64,000 bases of DNA from Chloroflexota bacterium (GTDB lineage: Bacteria; Chloroflexota; Limnocylindria; QHBO01): the NCBI GenBank assembly GCA_039932375.1, contig JBDTQD010000002.1, positions 133-64,132 of the forward strand, given 5' to 3'. Below, piece after piece: positions 8,736 through 18,388 of the stretch (within the stretch, counting starts at the first letter, position 1; the number at the start of each line of letters is the position of its first letter). Below the pieces are notes generated by a model. That model searched no databases. It was given only the letters and a program-made list of their open reading frames with translations, and was not told the DNA's origin. The position numbers and the translations under genes were made by a program.

Positions 8736-9965
8736 TCAGTCCGGGAATGCCTCTGGTCCGCGGTCGGCGAGCTCACGAGCGTGCGACTCGGCATCGGCAT
8801 CGGACGGCGGCAGCCACGAGAAGGGGTAGCGCGGATCGTCAAGCTCGCCGGCTTCGCGAGTCAGGCGAAGCGGGTGGAATGTGTCGATCATGACCGCTAG
8901 CTCCTCGGTCGACTCCTTGCCAATGCTCGCCTCCACCGTTCCGGGATGCGGCCCGTGCGGGATGCCGGCGGGGTGCACCGTGAACGAGCTGATCTCCACC
9001 CCGCGGCGGCTCATGAAGTTGCCGGCCACGTAATAGATGACCTCGTCCGAGTTGATGTTCGAATGGTTGTACGGCGCCGGGATGGCGAGCGGGTGATAGT
9101 CGAACTTGCGCGGCACGAATGAGCAGACCACGAAGTTACGCGGCTGGAAGGTGAGATGCACCGGCGGCGGCTGGTGGATGCGCCCGGTGATCGGCTCGAA
9201 GTCGGCGATGTTGAAGGCGAACGGGTACAGGTACCCGTCCCAGCCGACCAGGTCGAACGGGTGAAAGGCGTAGTGGTAGGCGGTGATTCGGCCCCCCTTC
9301 TTGACCTCCACCACGAAGTCGCCCGACTCGTGGTGCGCCTCCATCTCGGTCGGTGGCCGGATATCGCGCTCGCAGTACGGGGCGTGCTCGAGCATCTGCC
9401 CGTACTCGTTGCGGTAGCGCTTGGGCGGCTCGATGTGGCTGGGGCATTCGAGCCACAGCAACCGCTGCTCATCGGCGCCGGGGATGACCCGGTAGGTGGT
9501 CCCGATGGGGATGACGAGATAGTCGCCCGGCCCGTACTCGATCGGCCCGAAGACCGTCTCCAGCGTGCCGTGCCCCTCGTGGACGTAGTACATCTCGTCC
9601 ATCTCGCCGTTGCGGTAGAAGTGCTCCATGGCCGATGCAGGGCGGACCACGCCAAAGGTGACATCGGCGTTGTAGAAGAGCGGGACGCGACCACCCACTG
9701 CATCGCCGGCGATCGGCACGCCGGTGGAGTTGATCAGGTGATGACGGTGGGGCCCGGCCTCGTCATCGGTCCATGGCTGGAGGCCGACGTCGCGGACCTT
9801 CTCGATCCGGTTGGTCTGGGTCGGGGGCGTGTGGTGGTAGAGGAGGCTCGCCTTGCCGGAGAAGCCTTCGACGCCGAACAGCTCCTCGGCATACAGGCCG
9901 CCATCCGGCTTGCGGAACTGGGTGTGGCGCTTGTGCGGCACCTGGCCACGCTGGATGTAGAACAC
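8736..9965 (-). CDS. hmgA: Homogentisate 1,2-dioxygenase
   Basis: HGD signature regions (LYAEELFGVEGF, YYVHEGHG); about 409 aa. Confidence 0.9.
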   Translation of the reverse strand: MFYIQRGQVPHKRHTQFRKPDGGLYAEELFGVEGFSGKASLLYHHTPPTQTNRIEKVRDVGLQPWTDDEAGPHRHHLINSTGVPIAGDAVGGRVPLFYNADVTFGVVRPASAMEHFYRNGEMDEMYYVHEGHGTLETVFGPIEYGPGDYLVIPIGTTYRVIPGADEQRLLWLECPSHIEPPKRYRNEYGQMLEHAPYCERDIRPPTEMEAHHESGDFVVEVKKGGRITAYHYAFHPFDLVGWDGYLYPFAFNIADFEPITGRIHQPPPVHLTFQPRNFVVCSFVPRKFDYHPLAIPAPYNHSNINSDEVIYYVAGNFMSRRGVEISSFTVHPAGIPHGPHPGTVEASIGKESTEELAVMIDTFHPLRLTREAGELDDPRYPFSWLPPSDADAESHARELADRGPEAFPD

Positions 9966-10063
9966 GGTGGCGCCATTCTAGGGCGGGGTATGCGATGCTC
10001 GTTCCTGCAGCAACACGCGCCACGCAGCCGCCCGCGTCCGCGGGCGAGGAGATCACCAGGCCG

Positions 10064-10549
10064 ATGTTCAACGTCACTCGCCTCAACCACGCCGTCCTCT
10101 GGGTCCGCGATGCCGACAAGGCGGCGGAGTTCTACCACCGAGTCTTCGGCTTCGAGGAGCTGGAGCGACCGGCAGGCATGCGCGCCGCCTTCATGCGTTC
10201 GCCGGCCGGTGGCAACCACCACGACCTGGGGTTGTTCGAGGTCGGGGCGGCGGCGCCACGACCGCCGCGTGGTTCGGTGGGTCTCTACCACCTGGCCTGG
10301 GAGGTCGGCACCATCGAGGACCTGGCGGCCGCGGCGAAGGCGCTCACCGAGGCCGGGGCGCTCGGCGGCGCCAGCGACCACGGTGTGAGCAAGTCGCTCT
10401 ATGGCCGCGACCCCGATGGGAACGAGTTCGAGATCATGTGGCAGGTGCCGCGCGAAGCGTGGGGCGAGTACGCCGATTCAGGCGTGGTCCTGCCGCTCGA
10501 CATGGAGGCCGAGCTGGAGCGCTGGGGCACGAACGGCGCCGTCCAGTAG
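10064..10549 (+). CDS. VOC family protein (glyoxalase-like)
   Basis: MFNVTRLNHAVLWVRD, two beta-alpha-beta-beta-beta modules; GAGGAG RBS. Confidence 0.75.
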   Translation: MFNVTRLNHAVLWVRDADKAAEFYHRVFGFEELERPAGMRAAFMRSPAGGNHHDLGLFEVGAAAPRPPRGSVGLYHLAWEVGTIEDLAAAAKALTEAGALGGASDHGVSKSLYGRDPDGNEFEIMWQVPREAWGEYADSGVVLPLDMEAELERWGTNGAVQ

Positions 10550-10577
10550 GAGCGCATCGGTACACTCGGGGGCGCCC

Positions 10578-11648
10578 GTGTCCGACCTCGCCCCCGTCAT
10601 CCGATCCGATGCGCACCTCGCCCACAGCGGGCTGATCGAGTTCGCCAGCGGGGTAGAGATTCCATGCTTCGACAACCCCGAGCGGATCCTGGCCATCGAG
10701 GCCGCCCTCGAGGCTGACGGCGGCTTCGCCTTCGAGCCACCCGCGGAGCACGGCCGCGCACCGATCCTGGCGGTCCACGACGCCACGATGATCGACGTCT
10801 TCGAGCACGCCTGGACCGATGCGCTTGCCGCCGGCGCCTCCGACGGCTCGCGGGCCTTCTTCCCCGACGCCTTCCTGGTGGCGGCGTACGGCGAGGACAT
10901 GGCGCTCGGCGGCATGCCGGCCGGGGCGCACCACCGCCTCGGAGCCTACTTGTTCGACACCGCCACGCCCATCGTGGCCGGAACGTGGCCGGCCGCCCTC
11001 TCAGCAGTTGACGTCGCGCTGACCGCCGCCGAGCGAGTGGTCGCCGGGGCGCCCCTCGCCTATGGGCTGTGCCGGCCACCGGGACACCACGCCGCGCGGG
11101 GCATGCTGGGCGGCTACTGCTACTTCAACAACGCCGCGATCGTGGCCGAGTGGCTGCGACGCGAGGGCGGCGCGCACAGTGTTGCGATCCTCGATATCGA
11201 CTACCACCACGGAAACGGCACGCAGCAGATCTTCTGGGAGCGGGGCGATGTCCTCTACCTCTCGCTCCATGCCGACCCGGCGCGGGCCTATCCCTACTTC
11301 TCCGGGTACGCGAGCGAGGCTGGCGCGGGCGAGGGGGCCGGCACGACCCGGAACTGGCCACTCGCCGTGCGGACTGGCCTCGATGGCTATGCGGTCGCGC
11401 TGGCGGAGGCCCTGCAGATGATCGTGGCCTTCGCTCCCGACGGGCCGCTCATCATCTCGGCCGGCTTCGACACCTTCGAGCGCGACCCGATCGGCGACCT
11501 CGCGATCCGGACTGAGGACTACCGGGAGATTGGCCGCCTGATTGCGGCCCTCGGAATGCCGACGATCGCGCTCCAGGAGGGCGGCTATGCGGTAGATGCG
11601 CTGGGCGCCAACGCCGTGGCGCTGCTGACCGGTCTGCACGGCGCGTGA
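10578..11648 (+). CDS. Histone-deacetylase-family amidohydrolase (AcuC/acetylpolyamine aminohydrolase-like)
   Basis: DIDYHHGNGTQ and PGHHA motifs; GTG start chosen after the low-complexity N-terminus. Confidence 0.8.
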   Translation: MSDLAPVIRSDAHLAHSGLIEFASGVEIPCFDNPERILAIEAALEADGGFAFEPPAEHGRAPILAVHDATMIDVFEHAWTDALAAGASDGSRAFFPDAFLVAAYGEDMALGGMPAGAHHRLGAYLFDTATPIVAGTWPAALSAVDVALTAAERVVAGAPLAYGLCRPPGHHAARGMLGGYCYFNNAAIVAEWLRREGGAHSVAILDIDYHHGNGTQQIFWERGDVLYLSLHADPARAYPYFSGYASEAGAGEGAGTTRNWPLAVRTGLDGYAVALAEALQMIVAFAPDGPLIISAGFDTFERDPIGDLAIRTEDYREIGRLIAALGMPTIALQEGGYAVDALGANAVALLTGLHGA

Positions 11649-12835
11649 CGTCGCGGCTGCAGGCGCGGCCGCTCTGGCCGGCCTACCTGGCCACCTTCAC
11701 CTTCACCCTGGGCCAATGGGCGTCAGGGGTCGCGATCCCGCTCCATGTCCACTCGCTCGGTGGCTCGCTGACCGAGGCTGGCACCATCGCCGCCATCCGG
11801 TTTGGGCTGGGTGCCCTCTTCAGCCTGCCGTTTGGCGCGGTGGCGGACGCGTGGGGGACGCGGCGCACGGTGATCGTGGCCGTCGTCGGCAGTGCAGCGG
11901 TCAACCTCGTCCCGATCCTGGCCCAGACGACCGGGAGCATCGCCCCACTCTACGGGTGGGCGATCCTGTCGGGGCTCACCTCATCGCTCTTCCTGCCGGC
12001 GATCGGCGCCTACGTGGCCGGAAGCGCGCATGAGTCGCGACGCGGGTCGGCCTTCGGCTGGATGACGCTCGGCACCCACAGTGGGATTGCCCTGGGGCCG
12101 GCGGTCGGAGGCCTCGCCTGGCAACATCTCGGGATCCCGCAGACCTACCTGGTCGCCACCGGTCTGGCGCTGGTGGCCCTGCTCGGGCCGGTCCTGATGC
12201 GCGGCGCGGTGCGCACCCGGATCGACGTTCGTGGCGTGCCGGCCATGGTCGGCCGGCTAGCGCGTGACCGGGTGGTGGTCGGGTGCTGGGTGGCGGGATT
12301 CGGGATCGGGCTGCCGTGGGGTGCGGTGAGCGGCCTCTTCCCGCTGTTCGGGACGTCGATTGGTCTCGCGGCGGGGTCCATCGGGCTCCTGCTGGCCCTC
12401 CAATCCATCACGAACGGGCTGTCCCGGGTCCCGCTCGGCCGACTGATCGATCGTCGCGCCGTGCCGCCCCTGGCGACTGCCGCGGGCTGCGCCGCCTACG
12501 CGGTCGTCACCTCGCTGCTGGGCCTGCAGACCGGGCCGCTCGGCATTGCACTTGTCTTCATGACGGGGATCCTGGCGCTCGCCTTCACGCTGATGATGAT
12601 CCAGGTCGTCATCAGCGAGCGTGCCCCCGCCGAGCTGCGGGCGACCGGGTTGGGCGGCTACTCGACCGCGCTCTCGGCCGGGTTGGGGATCGGTCCGTTC
12701 GTCTCGGGCGCGGTGGCCCAATCGGGCGGCTTCGGCATCGGCTACGGCAGTGTGGCGGCCATGGGGCTGGTGGTTGCAGGCATCGCCGCCGTCCTGCTAC
12801 TTGGAGCGCGACGTGTCACGCGAGGAGGCGGCTGA
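11645..12835 (+). CDS. MFS transporter
   Basis: 12-TM MFS pattern; GTG start overlaps the upstream stop (GTGA). Confidence 0.8.
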   Translation: MTSRLQARPLWPAYLATFTFTLGQWASGVAIPLHVHSLGGSLTEAGTIAAIRFGLGALFSLPFGAVADAWGTRRTVIVAVVGSAAVNLVPILAQTTGSIAPLYGWAILSGLTSSLFLPAIGAYVAGSAHESRRGSAFGWMTLGTHSGIALGPAVGGLAWQHLGIPQTYLVATGLALVALLGPVLMRGAVRTRIDVRGVPAMVGRLARDRVVVGCWVAGFGIGLPWGAVSGLFPLFGTSIGLAAGSIGLLLALQSITNGLSRVPLGRLIDRRAVPPLATAAGCAAYAVVTSLLGLQTGPLGIALVFMTGILALAFTLMMIQVVISERAPAELRATGLGGYSTALSAGLGIGPFVSGAVAQSGGFGIGYGSVAAMGLVVAGIAAVLLLGARRVTRGGG

Positions 12836-12838
12836 CTG

Positions 12839-14278
12839 TCAGCCGGCGAGGATCGCGGCGAAGGCAGCGGGGTCGATGTTTCCACCGCTGATCACGATCA
12901 CGCGGTGGTCGTCCCCGTCGGGCTGCGGAGCGGCTCCGGACAGGTGGGCCGCCATCCCCGCCGCGCCAGACGCCTCGACCACGAGACGCGCCCGGGTGGC
13001 GAGCTGTCGCATCGCATCGGCCATCTGCTCCTCGCTGACGGTGACGATCTCGTCCATGAATCGGCGGAGGTGCAGGAACGGGAGCCAGCCGAGATGCTCG
13101 ACGCGCAGCCCATCGGCCATGGTGCGGGTGGTCAGGGCGCCGTCCCAGCTCACGATCTCGCCCTTCGCCAGCGACTCCTGGGCATCCGCGGCGAGCTCTG
13201 GCTCGACACCGATGACCCGCGCGTTCGGCGCGAGCGCCTTGATGGCCGTCGCGATCCCCGACGAGAGCCCGCCGCCGCTCACCGGGATGAGGACGCTGGT
13301 AACCTCGGGCAGGTCCTCGGCGATCTCCAGGCCGCAGGTTCCCTGACCGGCGATGATCCGCCGCTCGTCGTACGGCTCGATCATGACCCGCCCGCCGCGC
13401 TCGACGTGCTCAAGCGCGATCGCGTGCCGCTCCTCCCCGGTGCGGCCGGCGAAGACGATTTCCGCGCCATCGCGCCGCACGCCCTCGACCTTGACCGGCG
13501 GGGCGTCCTCTGGCATCACGATCGTGGCGTGCGCCCCGAGGAGGCGGGCGGCGCGTGCCACGGCTTGTGCGTGGTTACCGCTCGAATAGGTGACGACACC
13601 GCGCGCTCGCTCCTCGTCGGTGAGCGAGGCGACGGCGTTGTAGGCGCCGCGCATCTTGAATGCTCCCACCGGCTGGAGGCTCTCCGGCTTCAGCCAGGTG
13701 CGGTCGTCCCAGCGCAGGAGCGGGGTGTGGAGGGCAACTCCCCGGATTCGTGCGGCGGCCGCGCGGATCTCGTCGATCGAGACCAGCTCGAGCCCGTCGA
13801 GCTGGTCGGCGTGCTCTTCGAGGTGCGCCAGCACGAAGCGCTCGACGATCGTCCGCACGCTCATCTCGCCGCGGGCCGGATGCAGCCCCATCACGTCCCA
13901 TGCATCGGCGGGGAGTGCGGCCAGCGTCGACGACAGCTCTCCGAGCTGCCCATTCACGCGCCGAAGAAGCTCCGCGGGGTCCGTCCGCCGCTCCCGCTCG
14001 ACCGCCCCCACGCGTGCGGCATCGGTCTTCATGCGCCCGAAGGGGATCGGCATTGCCGCCCCCGCATCGTGGGCGGCGAGGATGCGCCGGACCTGGTCGT
14101 GCCAGTAGGCGGGGAACTCGGCCAGGTGTGCCCACACCTGCCCAGCCTCCCAGCGCTCCTCCTCGCCCGGATCGGGCTCGCTCAAGGCCGTTGGCAGCGG
14201 CCGCGCGGCATGCTCGGCCAGCCTTCGCTCTGCCGAGCTCATCCGCTCCAGGGCAGTCGCCACCGTCTCCTTGGTCAT
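12839..14278 (-). CDS. Fusion: DinB_2/MDMPI_N-like domain (about 190 aa) + PLP-dependent threonine/serine dehydratase
   Basis: N-terminal WAHLAEFPAYW...VLAHLEEHADQL; C-terminal SLQPVGAFKMRGAYN PLP-lysine motif and Gly-rich loop; ATG 14278 overlaps the FAH stop (ATGA). Confidence 0.8.
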   Translation of the reverse strand: MTKETVATALERMSSAERRLAEHAARPLPTALSEPDPGEEERWEAGQVWAHLAEFPAYWHDQVRRILAAHDAGAAMPIPFGRMKTDAARVGAVERERRTDPAELLRRVNGQLGELSSTLAALPADAWDVMGLHPARGEMSVRTIVERFVLAHLEEHADQLDGLELVSIDEIRAAAARIRGVALHTPLLRWDDRTWLKPESLQPVGAFKMRGAYNAVASLTDEERARGVVTYSSGNHAQAVARAARLLGAHATIVMPEDAPPVKVEGVRRDGAEIVFAGRTGEERHAIALEHVERGGRVMIEPYDERRIIAGQGTCGLEIAEDLPEVTSVLIPVSGGGLSSGIATAIKALAPNARVIGVEPELAADAQESLAKGEIVSWDGALTTRTMADGLRVEHLGWLPFLHLRRFMDEIVTVSEEQMADAMRQLATRARLVVEASGAAGMAAHLSGAAPQPDGDDHRVIVISGGNIDPAAFAAILAG

Positions 14279-15279
14279 CGGTCCGCAGGCCGTTCCACGA
14301 CCGGCGTCGTCAGTGCACCGAGCCGGTCGACCGCCAGTGTCACCTCGTCGCCGGGCTGCAGGTAGCGCTTCAGAATCTCGTCCTTCACCTCCAGCAGGCA
14401 TCCCGTCCCCACCGTCCCCGACCCGATCAGGTCGCCGGGTCGCAGTCGTACGTCGGCGCTGGCGCGGGCCACCATCTCGCCGAAGCTGAACTGGGCATCG
14501 GCCCAGCTCCCGCGGCTGAGCTCGGTGCCGTTGACGGTCGCGGTCATGGTGAGGGTGTAGCCCTTTCCGCGGCGCGTCTCTTCCAGCTCGTCGGGGGTGA
14601 CCAGCCAGGGGCCGATGGAGGAGGCAAAATCCTTCCCCTTGGCTGGCCCCAGGCGAACGGCTGTCTCCTCGCGCTGCAGGTCACGGGCGCTCCAGTCGTT
14701 GAAGACGAGGTACCCGCCGATCGCCTCCTCCCCACGCTCTGCCGACAGGTCGTGGACAGGGGTGTCGATGAGCGCCGCGACCTCGAGCTCGTAGTCGAGC
14801 TCCTGCGAGGCCGCGGGGCACCAGACCGGCTCTTCGGGACCGCGGATCTCGGAGACATTCGAGAAGTAGAAGATCGGGATGCGGTACCAGGCCTCCGGGA
14901 CCGTCCCGCCGCGCCGCTCCCACATCGTCCTGACGTGTCCTTCGAAGGCGTAGAAGTCGCGCAGGGAGGGCGGCTGCAGGATCGGCGGCCCGAACGCCAG
15001 GTCCGCGGCCTCGAGCGACTCCTCGCCACTCGCCGCCTCGACGAGCTCGCCCAATGCGGCGACCCGCAGGCCTCGCGCGAGCAGCGCATCCAGGGTGGTC
15101 AGCGGCTGCCGATGGAGCGCCGAATTGTGCGCCAGACGAGGGTCTGCCTGCACCTGCGACCGCCGAACTGGCTCCAGGTCGAGCCAGCGTTGCGGAGCGT
15201 CGCCTCGGTCCAGCGCTGCCGCGAGCCGCCAGGATGTCCCGGCCGGAGCATGTGCCTCCCGAACGTGGGCGATCTTCAT
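14275..15279 (-). CDS. Fumarylacetoacetate hydrolase (FAH) family protein
   Basis: FAH-fold motifs (YEGHV, GTGC); internal ATG at 15279. Confidence 0.8.
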   Translation of the reverse strand: MKIAHVREAHAPAGTSWRLAAALDRGDAPQRWLDLEPVRRSQVQADPRLAHNSALHRQPLTTLDALLARGLRVAALGELVEAASGEESLEAADLAFGPPILQPPSLRDFYAFEGHVRTMWERRGGTVPEAWYRIPIFYFSNVSEIRGPEEPVWCPAASQELDYELEVAALIDTPVHDLSAERGEEAIGGYLVFNDWSARDLQREETAVRLGPAKGKDFASSIGPWLVTPDELEETRRGKGYTLTMTATVNGTELSRGSWADAQFSFGEMVARASADVRLRPGDLIGSGTVGTGCLLEVKDEILKRYLQPGDEVTLAVDRLGALTTPVVERPADR

Positions 15280-15335
15280 CGTGCCGAGTCTAGCGTCCGT
15301 GAAGGGCGGCCCCGGTCGGCCGGTAGAATCGGCAG

Positions 15336-16358
15336 GTGAAGCGCATCGGATTCCTGTCGTTCGGGCACTGGACCAGCTCGCCGCCCTCTGGCACGCGATC
15401 GGCGGCGGACGCGCTCCTCCAGTCCATCGAGCTGGCGGTTGCCGCCGAAGAGCTCGGCGCCGACGGCGCCTATTTCCGCGTGCACCACTTCGCGCGGCAG
15501 CTCGCATCGCCCTTCCCGCTGCTGGCCGCGATCGGGGCGCGAACCAGCCGGATCGAGATCGGGACGGCAGTGATCGACATGCGCTACGAGAACCCGTACT
15601 ACATGGTCGAGGACGCCGGTGCGGCGGACCTCATTGCAGGCGGTCGCCTGCAGCTTGGGATCAGCCGCGGCTCGCCGGAGCAGGTCATCGACGGCTATCG
15701 GCACTTTGGCCATGCCCCGGCCGAGGGCGAGGATGACGGAGCGATGGCCCGCCGGCAGAGCCAAATCTTCCTGGAGCTTCTCTCGGGGAACGGATTCGCG
15801 GAGCCCAATCCACGGCCGATGTTCCCGAATCCTCCGGGCCTGCTGCGCCTCGAGCCCCATTCTCCCGGCCTCCGTGACCGCATCTGGTGGGGCGCCGCCA
15901 CGAACGCGACCGCGGCATGGGCGGCGAGGCTGGGCATGAACATGCAGACGTCCACCCTGAAGTTCGACGAGGGCGGCCAGCCACTGCATCTCCAGCAGGC
16001 CGAGCAGATTGGGGCATATCGCACCGCGTGGCGCGAGGCCGGCCACGCTCGCGAGCCGCGCGTCTCAGTGAGCCGCAGCATCTTCCCGCTGGTTGACGAT
16101 CGCGACCGCGCCTACTTTGGGCATGTGCAGCAGGGAAACGACCAGATCGGCTACCTCGACGAAACGACACGGGCAGTCTTCGGCCGTACCTACGCCGCCG
16201 AGCCGGAGCTCCTCGTCAAGCAGCTGGCGGAGGACACGGCCATCGCCGCTGCCGATACGCTGCTGCTGACGGTACCGAACCAGCTAGGCGTGGACTACAA
16301 CGCCCACGTCATCGAGAGCGTCCTGCGCCACGTTGCCCCAGCCCTCGGCTGGCGCTGA
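15336..16358 (+). CDS. LLM-class flavin/F420-dependent oxidoreductase (luciferase-like)
   Basis: LLM signature; GTG start. Confidence 0.8.
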   Translation: MKRIGFLSFGHWTSSPPSGTRSAADALLQSIELAVAAEELGADGAYFRVHHFARQLASPFPLLAAIGARTSRIEIGTAVIDMRYENPYYMVEDAGAADLIAGGRLQLGISRGSPEQVIDGYRHFGHAPAEGEDDGAMARRQSQIFLELLSGNGFAEPNPRPMFPNPPGLLRLEPHSPGLRDRIWWGAATNATAAWAARLGMNMQTSTLKFDEGGQPLHLQQAEQIGAYRTAWREAGHAREPRVSVSRSIFPLVDDRDRAYFGHVQQGNDQIGYLDETTRAVFGRTYAAEPELLVKQLAEDTAIAAADTLLLTVPNQLGVDYNAHVIESVLRHVAPALGWR

Positions 16359-16413
16359 AGTTCGGCCTGGAGGCGGAGGGTGGTCCGCATGCGACGAGGA
16401 CGCGGTGCGCGGC

Positions 16414-17547
16414 TCAGAGGTTGCCGCGCTTCTCCTGCTCGCGCTCGATGGCCTCGAAGAGGGCCTTGAAGTTGCCGACCCCAAAGCCCCGCGAGCCGTG
16501 CCGTTCGATGATCTCGAAGAAGAAGGTCGGCCGATCCTGCACCGGCTTGGTGAAGATCTGGAGGAGGTAGCCCTCCTCGTCGCGGTCGGCCTCGATCCCC
16601 AGCTCCTCGAGGAGGTCCATCGGGATGCCGACGTCGCCGACGCGTTCCGGGAGATTGGCGTAGTACTCGTGCGGCAGGCCCAGGAACTCCACTCCCCGCG
16701 AGCGGAGGGCACGCACGGTCCCGACGATGTCCTCGGTGCGCAGGGCGATGTGCTGGGTCCCCGCCTCGAGATAGTAGTCGAGGAACTCCTGGATCTGGCT
16801 CTTGCGCTTGCCGTCGGCCGGCTCGTTGATCGGGAACTTGATGCGGCCGTTGCCCGACTGCATCACCTTGCTCATCAGGGCGGAGTACTCGGTGTGGATC
16901 ACCTTGTCGTCGTAGTGGATCAGCTGGCTGAAGCCCATCACGTCGCGGTAGAAGTCGACGAACCGGTTCATGTCGCCCAGCGCCACGTTGCCGACGCAGT
17001 GGTCCACCTCGAGCAGCTGCTGCCCGGACGCCGCGGCCGCTGGCTTCGTGATCCGGTGGTAGCCCGGCGCGAAGGTGCCGTTGTACTCGCTGCGGTCGAT
17101 GAACGAGTGCAGCACCTCACCGTAGGTGTGGATCGCCGAGCGGCGCAGGACGCCCTTCTCGCCGGGGACCTCGGTCGGCTCGAGTGCACTCACGGCTCCC
17201 CGCGCGGTCGTCTCGCGCCAGGCGGATGCCACGTCGTCTACGGCGAAGGCGATGTCGTGCACCCCGTCGCCGTGGCGGCGGACGTGCTCCGCCAGCTCAC
17301 CGTTGTCGGAGATCGGGGCGGTGAAGACGAAGCGGATGTCGTTCTGGACCAGCACGTAGCTGGCGCGGTCACGGACGCCCGTCTCGAGGCCGGCGTAGGC
17401 GACGGGGCTGAAGCCCCACAGGGCCCGATAGTAGGCAGCCGCCTGCTTGGCGTTCCCGACCCAGAACTCGACGTGGTCGATCCCCTTGAGGGGGAGGAAG
17501 TCGGCAGCCGCGTCCGCGGCGGCGGGGCGGGCGATCGTGTCGGTCAT
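16414..17547 (-). CDS. hppD: 4-hydroxyphenylpyruvate dioxygenase
   Basis: HPPD motifs (IDHVEFWVGNAKQAA, FFEIIER, two VOC modules). Confidence 0.9.
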   Translation of the reverse strand: MTDTIARPAAADAAADFLPLKGIDHVEFWVGNAKQAAAYYRALWGFSPVAYAGLETGVRDRASYVLVQNDIRFVFTAPISDNGELAEHVRRHGDGVHDIAFAVDDVASAWRETTARGAVSALEPTEVPGEKGVLRRSAIHTYGEVLHSFIDRSEYNGTFAPGYHRITKPAAAASGQQLLEVDHCVGNVALGDMNRFVDFYRDVMGFSQLIHYDDKVIHTEYSALMSKVMQSGNGRIKFPINEPADGKRKSQIQEFLDYYLEAGTQHIALRTEDIVGTVRALRSRGVEFLGLPHEYYANLPERVGDVGIPMDLLEELGIEADRDEEGYLLQIFTKPVQDRPTFFFEIIERHGSRGFGVGNFKALFEAIEREQEKRGNL

Positions 17548-18281
17548 GGAACCGATTGTACGGCGGCTGTCAGCGCCACCTCGATCATGCGCTCGACCGC
17601 GGCATCGAGGTCCTCGAGCGACATGTACGTCTCCTCGGTCCCCTCCTGCTCATTCAGGACGTCACTCACCGTCAGCAGGCAGGCGGCCTGGATCCCGGCC
17701 CGTGCCGCGAGGTAGAAGAGGACTGATGCTTCCATCTCGAAGGCGAGCACCCCGCGCTCGCGCCACTTTCTGAAGTAGTCGGCATCGGTGTTGTAGAAGA
17801 CGTCGACCGATGCCACCGGCCCGATCCGCAGTGGGATCCCCGCCTGCTCGGCCGCATGCACGAGCGTATGAGTCAGGGCGTAGTCGGCGGTGGGGGCGTA
17901 TCGGTCTCCGTGCAGGTAGGTCGTCGTTGCCCCGTCTGTGGGACAGGCCGATAGTGCGACTACCAGGTCGCCAGTGCGCAGCCCCGGCGCGATCCCTCCG
18001 CACGTGCCGACCCGGATCAGCTGCTTCGCGCCCAGTCGCAGCAGCTCCTCGGCCACGATCGCGAACGACGGGGTCCCCATCCCCGATGTCTGCACGCTCA
18101 CCGGCTGACCCTGGTAGGTGCCGGTCCAGCCGTAGAGGGCACGATGCTCGTTCACCTGCCGCGACTTCTCGAGGCCACCGTCGAAGCGTTCGGCGATCTT
18201 GCGGGCTCGGTTCGGGTCTCCCGGCAGCAGGACCAGCGGCGCGAAGTCTCCCGGCTCCGCGCGGAGGTGGATCTGTGGCAT
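17544..18281 (-). CDS. Purine nucleoside phosphorylase, DeoD-type (PNP/UDP family)
   Basis: GMGTPSFAIVAEEL...IRVGTCGGI; stop overlaps the hppD ATG (ATGA). Confidence 0.75.
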   Translation of the reverse strand: MPQIHLRAEPGDFAPLVLLPGDPNRARKIAERFDGGLEKSRQVNEHRALYGWTGTYQGQPVSVQTSGMGTPSFAIVAEELLRLGAKQLIRVGTCGGIAPGLRTGDLVVALSACPTDGATTTYLHGDRYAPTADYALTHTLVHAAEQAGIPLRIGPVASVDVFYNTDADYFRKWRERGVLAFEMEASVLFYLAARAGIQAACLLTVSDVLNEQEGTEETYMSLEDLDAAVERMIEVALTAAVQSVP

Positions 18282-18388
18282 GCCCGATAGCCTAACGCAG
18301 CCAACCACCGTTCAATTCATCTGGACTGTGGCGCCGGGGCCGTACGCGCGGATCATTCGGGGCGTATCGACGCTCCGGTACGATCCGG

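Noticed and set aside
16359-16413. Bidirectional terminator between convergent LLM and hppD genes
   Set aside because: No clean GC-rich hairpin followed by a T-run could be drawn; rho-independent terminators are in any case rare at this GC content.
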